Part shown: one piece after another, positions 19,874-30,411 of the stretch
Layout of the letters: every line of letters begins with the position of its first letter
Numbering within the stretch: the stretch's first letter is position 1
Origin: Geopsychrobacteraceae bacterium
GTDB lineage: Bacteria > Desulfobacterota > Desulfuromonadia > Desulfuromonadales > Geopsychrobacteraceae
DNA length: 64,000 nucleotides
Direction of reading: 5' to 3'
NCBI GenBank assembly: GCA_963676795.2
Contig: CAXXTB010000001.1
Coordinates: 128,001 to 192,000, forward strand
Program-made: the position numbers and the translations under genes
The notes under the pieces: model-generated
Database searches by the model: none
Told to the model about the DNA's origin: nothing
What the model saw: only the letters and a program-made list of their open reading frames with translations

Positions 19874-20992
19874 TCAATCAAACAGTTCCTTGACCTTGTC
19901 GAAGAAACCCTTCCCCTGAGGATGGATGTCTTCTCCGCCCTCCCTGGCAAACTCTTCGAGAAGTTCGCGCTGGCGGGCATTGAGTTTGGTCGGAACCTCG
20001 ACCTTGAGAATGACCAGCTGATCACCCCGGCCATAACCCTGCAGAGCGACAATCCCCTTGCCGGTCAGACGGAAAATCTTGCCGGTCTGTGTCCCCGCCG
20101 GAACCTTCAGATTGACCCGGCCTTCCAGGGTCGGTACTTCCAGATCACAGCCCAGGGCAGCCTGCACGAAAGAGACCGGAACCTCGCAGAGGATGTTCTG
20201 CCCTTCGCGCTGAAAAATCGGATGATCCTCAACATGGATCACAACATAAAGATCGCCCGGTGGTCCGCCGTGGGCTCCGGCTTCACCTTCGCCGCTGAGC
20301 TTGAGCCGGGTTCCGGTTTCGACACCGGCCGGGACCTTGAGCGACATACTGCGCTTCTGCTTGATCAGACCGGATCCCTTACAGTCAGGGCAGGGATCCT
20401 TGATGATCTTCCCTTCACCTCGACAGTCGGGACAGGGGCGGGTCATGGTGAAAAAGCCCTGTTGATAACGGACCTGCCCGGCTCCACGACAGGTGCTGCA
20501 GGCCTGTGCCTCGGTACCGGGGCGGGCGCCGCTGCCGTTACAGGTTTCACAGGTTTGCTTGCGCGGCAGCTGCAGTTTCTTTTCGACCCCGAAGGCCGCT
20601 TCTTCGAAACTGATGGTCAGATTGTAGCGCAGATCGTCACCGCGCTGGCCACGGCTACCACGACGTGAGCCACCACCGAAGATATCGCCGAAGATATCGC
20701 CGAAGATATCTTCGAATCCACCACCGCCGAAATCGAAACCGCCACCGGAAAAGCCAGCGCCGGCCCCATTGATACCGGCATGGCCGAACTGATCGTAAGT
20801 TGCCCGCTTCTGTGAATCGGACAGAACGGAGTAGGCCTCCGTCAGCTCCTTGAACTTATCCTCGGCAGCCTTGTCCCCGGGATTCTTGTCGGGATGATAT
20901 TTTATCGCAAGTTTACGATAGGCTTTCTTGATTTCGGTTTCACTGGCGTTCCGGTTGACTTCCAGAACCTCGTAATAATCGCGCTTAGACAA
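19874..20992 (-). CDS. dnaJ: Chaperone DnaJ
   Basis: J-domain HPD, G/F region, four CxxCxGxG repeats. Confidence 0.98.
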   Translation of the reverse strand: MSKRDYYEVLEVNRNASETEIKKAYRKLAIKYHPDKNPGDKAAEDKFKELTEAYSVLSDSQKRATYDQFGHAGINGAGAGFSGGGFDFGGGGFEDIFGDIFGDIFGGGSRRGSRGQRGDDLRYNLTISFEEAAFGVEKKLQLPRKQTCETCNGSGARPGTEAQACSTCRGAGQVRYQQGFFTMTRPCPDCRGEGKIIKDPCPDCKGSGLIKQKRSMSLKVPAGVETGTRLKLSGEGEAGAHGGPPGDLYVVIHVEDHPIFQREGQNILCEVPVSFVQAALGCDLEVPTLEGRVNLKVPAGTQTGKIFRLTGKGIVALQGYGRGDQLVILKVEVPTKLNARQRELLEEFAREGGEDIHPQGKGFFDKVKELFD

Positions 20993-21044
20993 AGTTTTAA
21001 GTCCTGATCAGGTAAGAACAGCTACCGGATCGCTCCGCTAGCTG

Positions 21045-21184
21045 GTTTTCATCCGGAAACGGCTCTTTTCCACTGTGACGGCGTCAATCTGCGGGCTCGT
21101 TTGTGCGGCGTAAACACTACGCCTCCGCACTCCCCCTTGATTTCCTTGCCACAACGAAAAATTTCTCGTTTCCAATCTGAAAAC
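21045..21184 (-). mobile_element. ~140-bp MITE-like repeat, copy B (reverse orientation)
   Basis: Reverse complement aligns end to end with 15780-15920. Confidence 0.75.
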
Positions 21185-21190
21185 TTACGC

Positions 21191-21219
21191 GTTGCCATCC
21201 GGAAATTCCGGATGGCAAC
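21191..21219. terminator. Strong hairpin downstream of dnaK
   Basis: Perfect inverted repeat GTTGCCATCCGGA-AAT-TCCGGATGGCAAC; no clear U-tract. Confidence 0.55.
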
Positions 21220-21247
21220 TTGCTGAGAATGTTACAATCCAGCGGTG

Positions 21248-23143
21248 TTATTTCTTGTCGTCGACGTCTTCAAACTCGGCATCGACAACATCAGTATCCG
21301 CGGCGGCATCGCCAGCGGCAGCTTCACCACCTTCGTTCTGGGCCTGGGCGTACATCATCTCGGCCAGCTTGTGAGATGCCTGGGCCAGCGCCTCGCTCTT
21401 GGCCTTGATCTCTTCAGAATCTTCACCTTCAATCGCCTTCTTGAGGGCATCGAGAGCGTCCTGAATCTGGTTCTTGGTCGCGCTGTCGAGTTTCTCGCCA
21501 TGCTCTTTGAGCGATTTCTCGGTGGTGTAGGCCAGACCGTCAGCCTGATTGCGGGCTTCGATCAGCTCACGCTTTTTCTTGTCTTCTCCGGCGTGGGCCT
21601 CGGCATCCTTGACCATGCGCTCGATCTCGTCTTCGGAAAGACCGGAGGATGCAGTAATCTGGATCGACTGCTCCTTGCCGGTGCCGAGATCCTTGGCCGA
21701 AACGTGGAGGATGCCGTTGGCATCGATGTCAAAGGTAACCTCGATCTGCGGAACACCGCGAGGGGCCGCAGGAATACCGACCAGCTCAAAGTTGCCAATG
21801 GTCTTGTTGCCGGAAGCCATTTCACGCTCGCCCTGCAGAACATGGACGGAAACAGCTGGCTGGTTGTCAGCGGCAGTCGAGAAGACCTGGCTCTTCTTGC
21901 AAGGCACGGTGGTATTCTTCTCGATCAGCTTGGTCATGACGCCACCCAGAGTTTCGATACCGAGGGACAGCGGGGTGACGTCGAGGAGCAGAACGTCCTT
22001 GACGTCGCCGGTCAGAACACCGCCCTGGATAGCGGCACCGATGGCAACAACCTCGTCAGGGTTGACGCCCTTGTTCGGAGTCTTGCCGAAGATCTCCTTG
22101 ACGCGCTCCTGAACGGCCGGCATGCGGGTCATACCACCGACCAGGATAACCTCGTTGATGTCACTGGCGGACAGGCCGGCGTCCTTAAGGGCGGTCTTGC
22201 ATGGCGCAACCAGTTTCTCGAGCAGTTCGGCACAGATGCTTTCCAGCTTGGCGCGGGACAGCTTGATGTTCATGTGCTTCGGACCCGACTGGTCAGCAGT
22301 GATGAACGGCAGATTGATGTCGGTTTCCATCGAAGAGGACAGTTCGCACTTGGCCTTTTCGGCAGCTTCCTTGAGGCGCTGGAGGGCCATCTTGTCGCCG
22401 CGCAGATCAATCCCCTGATCCTTTTTGAACTCGTCGGCAACGTAGTCAATGATGCGCTGGTCGAAGTCTTCACCACCGAGGAAGGTGTCCCCGTTGGTCG
22501 ACTTGACTTCGAAGACGCCGTCACCCAGGTCGAGGATGGAAACGTCAAAGGTACCGCCACCAAGGTCAAATACGGCGATGGTCATCTCGTTCTTCTTGTC
22601 GAGACCGTAAGCCAGGGATGCTGCAGTCGGCTCGTTGATGATGCGCAGAACATTCAGACCTGCGATCTTGCCTGCGTCCTTGGTGGCCTGACGCTGGGAA
22701 TCGTTGAAGTAGGCCGGAACGGTAATAACCGCGTCGGTGACCTTCTCACCCAGGTAGTCTTCAGCGGTCTGCTTCATCTTCTGCAGGATCATCGCCGAGA
22801 TCTCCGGGGCACTGTACTGCTTGTCGCGCACCGAAACCCAGGCATCACCGTTGTCAGCTTCGATAATTTTGAACGGGCTGATGGAGATGTCTTTCTTGAC
22901 CGCGTCAGAATTGAACTTGCGGCCGATCAGACGCTTGATAGCAAACAGGGTGTTTTCCGGGTTGGTGACAGCCTGACGCTTGGCCTGCTGACCAACAAGA
23001 CGCTCACCGCTGTCGGAAAAGGCGACCATCGACGGAGTGGTCCGTGCGCCTTCAGCGTTGGCAATAACAACCGGCTCGCCGCCTTCCATAACCGCGACAC
23101 AGGAGTTGGTTGTACCTAAATCGATACCGATAACTTTACCCAT
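21248..23143 (-). CDS. dnaK: Chaperone DnaK (Hsp70)
   Basis: [31 protein letters not shown]. Confidence 0.99.
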   Translation of the reverse strand: MGKVIGIDLGTTNSCVAVMEGGEPVVIANAEGARTTPSMVAFSDSGERLVGQQAKRQAVTNPENTLFAIKRLIGRKFNSDAVKKDISISPFKIIEADNGDAWVSVRDKQYSAPEISAMILQKMKQTAEDYLGEKVTDAVITVPAYFNDSQRQATKDAGKIAGLNVLRIINEPTAASLAYGLDKKNEMTIAVFDLGGGTFDVSILDLGDGVFEVKSTNGDTFLGGEDFDQRIIDYVADEFKKDQGIDLRGDKMALQRLKEAAEKAKCELSSSMETDINLPFITADQSGPKHMNIKLSRAKLESICAELLEKLVAPCKTALKDAGLSASDINEVILVGGMTRMPAVQERVKEIFGKTPNKGVNPDEVVAIGAAIQGGVLTGDVKDVLLLDVTPLSLGIETLGGVMTKLIEKNTTVPCKKSQVFSTAADNQPAVSVHVLQGEREMASGNKTIGNFELVGIPAAPRGVPQIEVTFDIDANGILHVSAKDLGTGKEQSIQITASSGLSEDEIERMVKDAEAHAGEDKKKRELIEARNQADGLAYTTEKSLKEHGEKLDSATKNQIQDALDALKKAIEGEDSEEIKAKSEALAQASHKLAEMMYAQAQNEGGEAAAGDAAADTDVVDAEFEDVDDKK

Positions 23144-23178
23144 TCTCTAAGTCCTCCTTTGAGACCTTGTTCTAACTT

Positions 23179-23793
23179 TTATTCTTCGTCAGTTTTTTCG
23201 TTGTCTTCGTTCTGAGCTGCAGCTGGCGCCTTGGCGATCATGACGAAAGCCGGACGCAACAGGCGGCCGTTGAGCTGGTAGCCTTTCTGCATCTGCTGAA
23301 CAACCGTATTGACCGGCAGGTCGGACTCGATCTGCCCCATAGCCTGATGCAGATTTGGATCGAACATCTGCCCCTGCGCATCGACCGGAACCACACCAAA
23401 GCGTTCGATGACCTGAGAGAACTGGACGAGGGTCATCTGGACCCCTTCCAGCAGACCGCTGTCACTCGTCTCGCTCACTGTGGCATGCTCCACGGCACGC
23501 TCCAGGTTATCGATAACCGGCAGGATCTCTTTGATAATATTTTCGTTGGCAAATTTGGAGAGTTCCTCTTTTTCGCGCTGGGTCCTCTTGCGCAGGTTCT
23601 CCATGTCAGCCAGTGTCCGCAGATAGCGCTCATGATGCCCCTTGGCTTCATCCTGGGCCTGAGTCAACTCGGAACGCAGCTGATCCTCCGGCGACATCTC
23701 CTCCGCATCGCAGACCTCCGCTGTTGCCGCCTGCTCCTCGCCAACAACGTCCTTTTGCTCTTCAGATTCTTGCTGTTCTGTTTTCTTGCCCAC
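23179..23793 (-). CDS. grpE: Nucleotide exchange factor GrpE
   Basis: ADMENLRKR, LPVIDNLERA, FDPNLHQAM, KGYQLNGRLLRPA. Confidence 0.97.
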   Translation of the reverse strand: MGKKTEQQESEEQKDVVGEEQAATAEVCDAEEMSPEDQLRSELTQAQDEAKGHHERYLRTLADMENLRKRTQREKEELSKFANENIIKEILPVIDNLERAVEHATVSETSDSGLLEGVQMTLVQFSQVIERFGVVPVDAQGQMFDPNLHQAMGQIESDLPVNTVVQQMQKGYQLNGRLLRPAFVMIAKAPAAAQNEDNEKTDEE

Positions 23794-23817
23794 CTTTGTG
23801 TAACTCCTTTTAAAGAT

Positions 23818-24858
23818 TTATTCGAGATCGCGATCAAGAACCCGGCTGAGCAGCTGGGCGGTAAAATCGACGATCGGGATAACTTTTGAATAATCCATGC
23901 GCATCGGCCCGATAACGCCGAGCGTTCCGACCACACCTTTGGGATTTGAATAACTTGAGGTCACCAGGCTGCAGCCTTCCAGCTCGGCTTGACGACTCTC
24001 GCTACCGATAAAGATCTGTACTCCTTGCGCCTGCTGACTGCGATCAAGCAGATCGATCAGCAGCTGCTTGCTCTCCAGGGTCTGAATCAGCCGTTTCATC
24101 GACTGGGGCGTCGCGAACTCAGGCTGCTCCAGCATTAGCGAAGCACCGGAGACATAAATCTGGTTGACCACCTCATCCTGGAGCGCAACCCTGCTGAGAC
24201 TCAGGGCGTTCTTGCGCATCTCATCGAAACGGACCCGCTCCTCCTTCAGCTCGTCCTCCAGCTTGCTGCGAACCTGGCTGATGGTCAGGCCGTTCAGCTC
24301 CTGATTGAGAAAGTTACTGATCTGCTCAAGCTGCTGCTGAGACAGATCCTCAGCGACTTCGATCACCTTGTTCTGAACCAGCCCGCTCTCGGATACATAA
24401 ATGACCAGCAGCTGCCCACGGGAGAGACGCAGAAACTCCATCTGGCGGAAAACGGTCGAGGTAAACTTTGGCGCCATGACCAAACCGGCGTACTTCGACA
24501 GCCCGGACAGAACACGGCCGACTTCCGGCATGATCTCTTCCATCTTCATGCCGTTGAAGCGGTAATTCTTCTGCAGCTCCTGCTTTTCCCGCGGACTCAA
24601 GTCACGGATCTGCAGCAGCGAGTCGATATAGTACTGAAAGCCCTTCTCAGTAGGAATCCGACCGGCGGAGGTATGCGGCGAACACAAAAAACCCATCTCC
24701 TCTAGGTCGGCCATAACGTTGCGGACAGACGCGGGAGAAAGGTTAAAACTGTGTCTCCGGGTGATAGCACGGCTACCGACCGGTTCAGCGGAAACAATAT
24801 AGTCTTCGACGATTGCTTCCAGAATATTCTGGCTTCGCTCTGATAACTCTTCAGCCAT
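23818..24858 (-). CDS. hrcA: Heat-inducible transcription repressor HrcA
   Basis: PVGSR, SVRNVMADLE, HTSAGRIPT, GPMRMDY; ATG 24858 after AGGAG. Confidence 0.97.
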   Translation of the reverse strand: MAEELSERSQNILEAIVEDYIVSAEPVGSRAITRRHSFNLSPASVRNVMADLEEMGFLCSPHTSAGRIPTEKGFQYYIDSLLQIRDLSPREKQELQKNYRFNGMKMEEIMPEVGRVLSGLSKYAGLVMAPKFTSTVFRQMEFLRLSRGQLLVIYVSESGLVQNKVIEVAEDLSQQQLEQISNFLNQELNGLTISQVRSKLEDELKEERVRFDEMRKNALSLSRVALQDEVVNQIYVSGASLMLEQPEFATPQSMKRLIQTLESKQLLIDLLDRSQQAQGVQIFIGSESRQAELEGCSLVTSSYSNPKGVVGTLGVIGPMRMDYSKVIPIVDFTAQLLSRVLDRDLE

Positions 24859-24894
24859 GACACGACTCCTGAAAAGACATGGCCCCAACTCACG

Positions 24895-24921
24895 TTAGCA
24901 CTCAATGGTCACGAGTGCTAA
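24895..24921. promoter_or_regulatory. CIRCE operator (HrcA binding site)
   Basis: Perfect TTAGCACTC-N9-GAGTGCTAA upstream of hrcA. Confidence 0.97.
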
Positions 24922-24926
24922 CAGGG

Positions 24927-24955
24927 AGACTAACAGTGACTCCAGCCTTTGTCAA
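24927..24955 (-). promoter_or_regulatory. Sigma70-type promoter of the hrcA operon
   Basis: TTGACA-17 bp-TAGTCT immediately upstream of CIRCE. Confidence 0.75.
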
Positions 24956-25004
24956 GACTTTGCACTTGTTGCCGAAACTGAAGATTTGGTTAAAGGCGCT
25001 GAAA

Positions 25005-26141
25005 TTATGCAAGAAAATGGCTGACCAGGTGATCATAAATCAACCAGCCTGACAGTTTCAGCCGGACAGCCCCGTCCTCATAAACAAGATGTTCGCCAAT
25101 CGCCCCAAGTGCATCAGCAAATTCACTCTGGAAATCGGCGCCAAAACGTTTTTCAAAAGCCGCCAGGCCGACCCCGTCCCTGGTCCTCAAGGCCAGGTAG
25201 ACATATTCGCTCATCGCCTCGTCACGGCTGTGTTCTTCAAGCAGCAAGGCGGGGTTTTCACCGCGCGTGATTTTTTCACGGTATACGGCCAGGTCAGACG
25301 GAATCGCAAAGCGCTGTCCCCAGCCCTGCGCGCTGAAACCATGGGCACCGCAGCCGACGGCCAGACATCCGCGCTGCTGCCAGTAGACCTGATTGTGCCG
25401 GCAGCGAAACCCTGGCCGGGCGAAGTTCGAGATCTCATAGTGTTCATAACCGGCCGCTTCACCAAGCTGGTGCAGCAAACGATACTGCTCGACATAGAGA
25501 TCTTCATCGCAATCGGTCAGCTCTCCACGTTTATAACGTTCCCCGAACGGGGTCCCCTCCTCATAGGTCAGGCCGTAGAGACTCAAGTGCTCCGGCCGAA
25601 GATCAAACAGCGCGTTCGCCTGGCGGCGCAGATCGTCCAGATCCTGCCCCGGCAGGGCAAAGATCAGATCGAGGCTGATATTGGTAAAACCGGCCGAGCG
25701 GGCCTGACGATAGGAGTCTACCGCCTGAGCCGCCGAATGAATCCTGCCCAGGCGCTGCAGATGCCCATCGTCCAGGGCCTGAACCCCCAGCGACAGGCGA
25801 TTGACCCCGGCAGACCGATAAGCCGCCAGGTCCGCCCCAGCCAAAGTCCCGGGATTGGCCTCCAGGGTCACTTCGATATCCGCGGCAAAACCGAACAGCC
25901 TTTCTGTTGTCGCCAGCAACCCGGCAATCTGCGCAGCCGACAGGAGAGACGGCGTACCACCACCGAAAAATATCGTTTCCAACGGACCGCTCTGCGGATA
26001 TTCACGGCGCACCAGTTCAAGATGCCGATATAACAGGCGGCAATACTCCGCTATCTCGCCGTGACCGGCGACCTGAGAAAAGAAATCGCAATATGGACAC
26101 TTGCGCGAACAGAAGGGGATATGAGAATAGAGGCTCTTCAT
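25005..26141 (-). CDS. hemW: Radical SAM heme chaperone HemW (HemN-like)
   Basis: HIPFCSRKCPYCDF, GGGTPS, EANP, HYEISNF, HNQVYW; typical position upstream of hrcA. Confidence 0.9.
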   Translation of the reverse strand: MKSLYSHIPFCSRKCPYCDFFSQVAGHGEIAEYCRLLYRHLELVRREYPQSGPLETIFFGGGTPSLLSAAQIAGLLATTERLFGFAADIEVTLEANPGTLAGADLAAYRSAGVNRLSLGVQALDDGHLQRLGRIHSAAQAVDSYRQARSAGFTNISLDLIFALPGQDLDDLRRQANALFDLRPEHLSLYGLTYEEGTPFGERYKRGELTDCDEDLYVEQYRLLHQLGEAAGYEHYEISNFARPGFRCRHNQVYWQQRGCLAVGCGAHGFSAQGWGQRFAIPSDLAVYREKITRGENPALLLEEHSRDEAMSEYVYLALRTRDGVGLAAFEKRFGADFQSEFADALGAIGEHLVYEDGAVRLKLSGWLIYDHLVSHFLA

Positions 26142-26168
26142 TATCAAGGGGCCTTCAAACGGCAGGGA

Positions 26169-27455
26169 CTAGCCGCTCGTCAGGTTAAATTGTACGATAT
26201 AGATCAGCGCACCGGAAAAATAACCGATCAGCGCAAGCCAGCTGAGCTTCTTCATGTACCAGAAAAAGTGAATCCGTTCCAGCCCCATGGCAGCAACACC
26301 GGCAGCCGATCCGATGATCAGAATCGAGCCGCCGGTTCCGGCACAGTAGGCGAGAAATTCCCAGAGGAAACTGTCCTGAACATGCACACTCAAATCATAC
26401 ATCCCCATCGATGCAGCCACCAGCGGCACGTTGTCGACGATCGAGCTGATCATGCCGATAATCGCAATGATCACCCCCTGACTGCTGATCGTCTGCTCCA
26501 GCCACATGGCGACTGCCCTGAGAATATGGGTATGCTCCAGGGTCGCCACGGCCAGCAGGATGCCCACAAAAAAGACGATCGAAGCCATATCGATTTGAGC
26601 CAGGGCATGAACGGCTGTCAGGCCGTCCTTACCGTTCTCATCCTTATTGCGATGGACCAGCTCACCGACGGCCCAGAGAATGCCCAGACCGAACAGAATC
26701 CCCATAAAGGGGGGCAGGTGGGTCACCGTCTTGAATACCGGCACCATGACCAGGCTGCCGATACCGAGGACAAACATCAGGTTGCGCTCAAAGGGCGTTG
26801 TGGAGACGACATGCCGCCGTTCGACGAAGGTTGACGGAACAACCTGGCGGCCGCGGATCATGAAGGTGGTGACCAGCAGCGGAACCAGCAGATTGGCGAC
26901 CGAAGCGAGGAAAACAGCATGGAGAATATTCAGAGTACTGATCTGCCCGCCGATCCAGAGCATGGTTGTCGTCACGTCACCGATCGGCGACCAGGCGCCG
27001 CCGGCATTCGCCGCAATGACGATAATTCCGGCAAAAAACAGCCGATCCTCATGACTGTCCAGCAGCTTCTTCATCAGCGAGATCATAACGATCGTCGTGG
27101 TCAGATTGTCGAGCATGGCACTCAAAAAGAAGGTCACCCAGGCAACCATCCAGAGCAGCACGGTCTGCCTTTTGGTGGAAATCCTCGAGGTAATCACCTC
27201 AAAGCCGTTATGGGCGTCAACCAGCTCAACGATGGTCATGGCTCCGAGCAGAAAGAAGATTATCTGCGCCGTCTCGGAAAGACTTTCTCCCAACTGATGG
27301 GTCACCAGCAGATGATCTCCGGTCGCCAGCCCATAGACAGTCCACATCAGGCCGGCACCGAGCAGGGCTGCAGCGGATTTATTGACCCGCAAGGGATGTT
27401 CGAAAGCGATAGCCGCGTAGGCCACAACAAAGATAACAACCAGAAGGAGATGCAT
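26169..27455 (-). CDS. nhaD: Na+/H+ antiporter NhaD family
   Basis: LDNLTTT, ANAGGAWSPIGDVTT, VDNVP, GGSILIIGSAAGV. Confidence 0.88.
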   Translation of the reverse strand: MHLLLVVIFVVAYAAIAFEHPLRVNKSAAALLGAGLMWTVYGLATGDHLLVTHQLGESLSETAQIIFFLLGAMTIVELVDAHNGFEVITSRISTKRQTVLLWMVAWVTFFLSAMLDNLTTTIVMISLMKKLLDSHEDRLFFAGIIVIAANAGGAWSPIGDVTTTMLWIGGQISTLNILHAVFLASVANLLVPLLVTTFMIRGRQVVPSTFVERRHVVSTTPFERNLMFVLGIGSLVMVPVFKTVTHLPPFMGILFGLGILWAVGELVHRNKDENGKDGLTAVHALAQIDMASIVFFVGILLAVATLEHTHILRAVAMWLEQTISSQGVIIAIIGMISSIVDNVPLVAASMGMYDLSVHVQDSFLWEFLAYCAGTGGSILIIGSAAGVAAMGLERIHFFWYMKKLSWLALIGYFSGALIYIVQFNLTSG

Positions 27456-27557
27456 AGAGAAGCCTCCAGCTTCGGGAAGAGATTGGCACCGATTATAGCA
27501 CGAAGACCCGTCAAAAGATCATTGAGTTATCTTGCCGTCATGATAGCGAGACTCAAT

Positions 27558-27596
27558 AAAAAAGCCCGGATGACCTACAGGCCATCCGGGCTTTTT
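27558..27596. terminator. Intrinsic terminator between the nhaD paralogues
   Basis: AAAAAAGCCCGGATG...CATCCGGGCTTTTT. Confidence 0.85.
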
Positions 27597-27618
27597 GCTT
27601 CTTGCAACTTGCGCCGAT

Positions 27619-29103
27619 TTAGTGGAAATCGGTGAAGTGATGCGCGTTGATCCACAGGTGGGCGAGGATGCTGACGGCATAGCCGAGAGCGACAGCCCAG
27701 GTCCACTTGAGGTGGTTGGCGAAGGTGTAGATGCCACGGGCGGTCCCCATCAGGGCGACACCGGCCGCCGAACCGATCGACAGCAGCGAGCCACCAACCC
27801 CGGCGGTCAGGGTAACGAGCAGCCACTGGCCGTGGGACATGTGCGGATCCATGGTCAGAACAGCAAACATGACCGGGATGTTGTCAACAATCGCCGAGAG
27901 GATACCAACCAATACGTTGGCCCAGGTCGGTCCAAGCTGGGTATACATGGCATGGGAGGCCACCGCCAGGTAACCGAACTGGCCCAAACCACCGACACAG
28001 AGTACAACACCGTAGAAGAACAACAGGGTATCCCACTCAGCACGAGCAATTTTACGGAACAGGTCGAAACCTGGGACAGCATGACCCGCCTGGCCATGGC
28101 CCCCGTCTACATGCTCATCCGGGTTATGTCCTACCATATCAAGGGGTTGATCACCGGTCCCCAGACGGTGCTCCTTCTTCTTGATATAGAAGCTGAACAG
28201 GCCGAGGTAACCGAGACCGAGCATCATACCTGTGGCCGGCGGCAGGTGCAGGAAGTTATGGAAGGAAACCGCGGTGCAGATGGTACAGAGGAACAGGACC
28301 ATGATACGCTTGGCACCGAATTTCATCCGAACTGTCTCGCCCAGTGCGGCAGGGCGCTCCTTGGCGACAGCGAAGCTCATGATGATGGCAGGAACCAGCC
28401 AGTTGATCAGCGACGGAACAAAGAGAACGAAAAACTCGATGAAGTCGACCTTCCCCTTCTGCCAGACCATCAGGGTGGTGATATCACCGAACGGCGAGAA
28501 GGCGCCACCGGCGTTGGCGCCGACAACGATGTTGATACAGGCGACGATCAGGAACTTCTTGTTGTTTCCGGCAACAGCCATGGCCACAGCGCCCATCAGC
28601 AGGGCGGTGGTCAGATTGTCGGCGATCGGCGAGATGACAAAGGCGAGAGCACCGGTGACCCAGAAAACGGTGCGCAGGGTGAAACCGCGACTGACCAGCC
28701 AGGCACGCAGGGCCTGGAAGACGTTGCGCTCATCCATGGCGTTGATATAGGTCATGGCGACCAGCAGGAAGAGGAACAGCTCGGCATATTCGAGCAGGTT
28801 GTGGCGGATCGCCTCCTCGGCCATGAGCGGATGGCCCAGCCCTTTGAGGGTCACAGCAACCAGCACCCAGATAACACCGGCAGCAAACAGGACCGGCTTA
28901 CTCTTGCGCATATGCAGCTGCTCTTCGAAGATAACGAAGATATAGGCCACGACAAACAGGATCAGGGCGATGATGCCGGCAGCCGTTCCGGTCAGATTGA
29001 GAACCTCGTGGGCTGCGCCTTGCGCTGCTTCTTCACCGCCACTGGCAAAAACCGGGGCGGCCACCACCATCAACAACAGATTGACCAATGCAAAAATCTT
29101 CAA
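27619..29103 (-). CDS. nhaD: Na+/H+ antiporter NhaD family (second paralogue)
   Basis: ADNLTT, ANAGGAFSPFGDITT, VDNIP, GGSLLSIGSAAGV. Confidence 0.9.
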   Translation of the reverse strand: MKIFALVNLLLMVVAAPVFASGGEEAAQGAAHEVLNLTGTAAGIIALILFVVAYIFVIFEEQLHMRKSKPVLFAAGVIWVLVAVTLKGLGHPLMAEEAIRHNLLEYAELFLFLLVAMTYINAMDERNVFQALRAWLVSRGFTLRTVFWVTGALAFVISPIADNLTTALLMGAVAMAVAGNNKKFLIVACINIVVGANAGGAFSPFGDITTLMVWQKGKVDFIEFFVLFVPSLINWLVPAIIMSFAVAKERPAALGETVRMKFGAKRIMVLFLCTICTAVSFHNFLHLPPATGMMLGLGYLGLFSFYIKKKEHRLGTGDQPLDMVGHNPDEHVDGGHGQAGHAVPGFDLFRKIARAEWDTLLFFYGVVLCVGGLGQFGYLAVASHAMYTQLGPTWANVLVGILSAIVDNIPVMFAVLTMDPHMSHGQWLLVTLTAGVGGSLLSIGSAAGVALMGTARGIYTFANHLKWTWAVALGYAVSILAHLWINAHHFTDFH

Positions 29104-29275
29104 CTGAACACCTTCTCTTTCTTGAAATCTTTAGAAAAACTACCTCGATAAAAACAAAAGACCCGATAGAAGAGCAAACGGGCTAATACTTCAGTACATA
29201 CAGATTATGCGAACACCTATACCAGCTTTTCTAAAAAGCACGCAGTAAAAAACCGTTTTAAAATCTGTTTGCGAG

Positions 29276-29322
29276 TAGCTGGCCTGAGCCCCAAAGGACA
29301 TCATTATCCGGATAGGCACCTA
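29276..29322 (-). ncRNA. Candidate nhaA-I-like monovalent cation riboswitch
   Basis: UAGGUGCCUAUCCGGAUAAUGAUGUCCUUUGGGGCUCAGGCCAGCUA, GC-rich foldable island in the nhaD 5' region; family match judged from memory only. Confidence 0.4.
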
Positions 29323-29527
29323 TGAAGTGTTACAAAAAAGGCGAATATATCAACCACTTCCATTCAATTAGAAGCGCGAAACAGCCCTTTTGGTCAATAT
29401 TTCAGAAAAAATCACCCAAACTGTTATCATGAGCCCGAAATAGGGGTCAATAGAATATTTCTCTTTGTGGTTTATTTTATTTTAAATGATATTTTATCCT
29501 TACATCTCCTGACAGGAGCAGATCCAG

Positions 29528-30316
29528 ATGAAACAGATCAGCTGTGCGGCAATTCAGTTCAACATTACTCCTGGCCATATCGACGGCAACCGGGACAAGG
29601 CCGTCGCTGCCTTGCGCAGGGTTGCCGAGCAGGGAGCAGAGCTGGCGGTTCTGCCCGAGATGTGGAGCAGCGGTTATGACTACCGCAACCTGACTGCCTT
29701 GGCTCAGGAGACACCAAGAGTATTGGAACGATTGTGCAGGGAAGCGGATCAGCTTCAATTGGTCATTGTCGGCAGTCTGCCGGAAACAGGCGAGAATGGC
29801 CAGATCTACAACAGCTCATATGTCGTCGATCGCGGTGCAATCAAGGCCAGCTACCGCAAGCTTCACCTCTTCTCGGCGATGCATGAAGATCGCTACCTGA
29901 GCCAAGGTGACCAGGCGGTCACGGTTAACAGCTCCGTCGGCAGACTGGGGTTGGCCATCTGCTACGACCTGCGCTTTCCGGAACTGTTTCGCAAGCTCGC
30001 CCTGGCCGGGGCAGAAATCATCTGTCTGCCGGCCGAATGGCCGAAACCGCGCCAGGAACACTGGAACATCCTGATTCGCGCCCGCGCCATAGAAAACCAA
30101 CTGTTTGTAGCGGCCGCCAACTGCTGCGGCATTCAGGGAAAACTCGACTTTTTCGGCTGCAGCCAGCTGATTTCACCGCAAGGGAATGCTCTCGCCATCG
30201 CCGGCGAAGAGGAGACCGAACTGATCGCTGAGTTCGACTTCAGTGAAATGAGTGAGTACCGCCAGCGGATCGATATTCTCAACGACCGCCGGGCCGATAT
30301 TTATGGTACGCCTTGA
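29528..30316 (+). CDS. Carbon-nitrogen hydrolase (nitrilase superfamily)
   Basis: LPEMW, YRKLHLF, ICYDLRFPE (Glu-Lys-Cys triad), RARAIENQ. Confidence 0.92.
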   Translation: MKQISCAAIQFNITPGHIDGNRDKAVAALRRVAEQGAELAVLPEMWSSGYDYRNLTALAQETPRVLERLCREADQLQLVIVGSLPETGENGQIYNSSYVVDRGAIKASYRKLHLFSAMHEDRYLSQGDQAVTVNSSVGRLGLAICYDLRFPELFRKLALAGAEIICLPAEWPKPRQEHWNILIRARAIENQLFVAAANCCGIQGKLDFFGCSQLISPQGNALAIAGEEETELIAEFDFSEMSEYRQRIDILNDRRADIYGTP

Positions 30317-30349
30317 GTGAAACAATAAAATCAAAAACTTGAGATGAAC

Positions 30350-30406
30350 ACCCCCCTCAATCCCCCCTATAAAATAGGGGGGAAGTGAGCTTGCGAGCAG
30401 GGGGGT
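30350..30406 (+). repeat. REP-like palindromic element, copy 3
   Basis: ACCCCCCTCAATCCCCCCTATAAAATAGGGGGGAAGTGAGCTTGCGAGCAGGGGGGT. Confidence 0.9.
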
Positions 30407-30411
30407 ACGAA

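Noticed and set aside
21245..23119. 624-aa ORF antisense to dnaK
   Set aside because: Well-known shadow ORF opposite hsp70 genes caused by codon bias; no independent motifs
27595..29151. 518-aa plus-strand ORF
   Set aside because: Antisense shadow of nhaD
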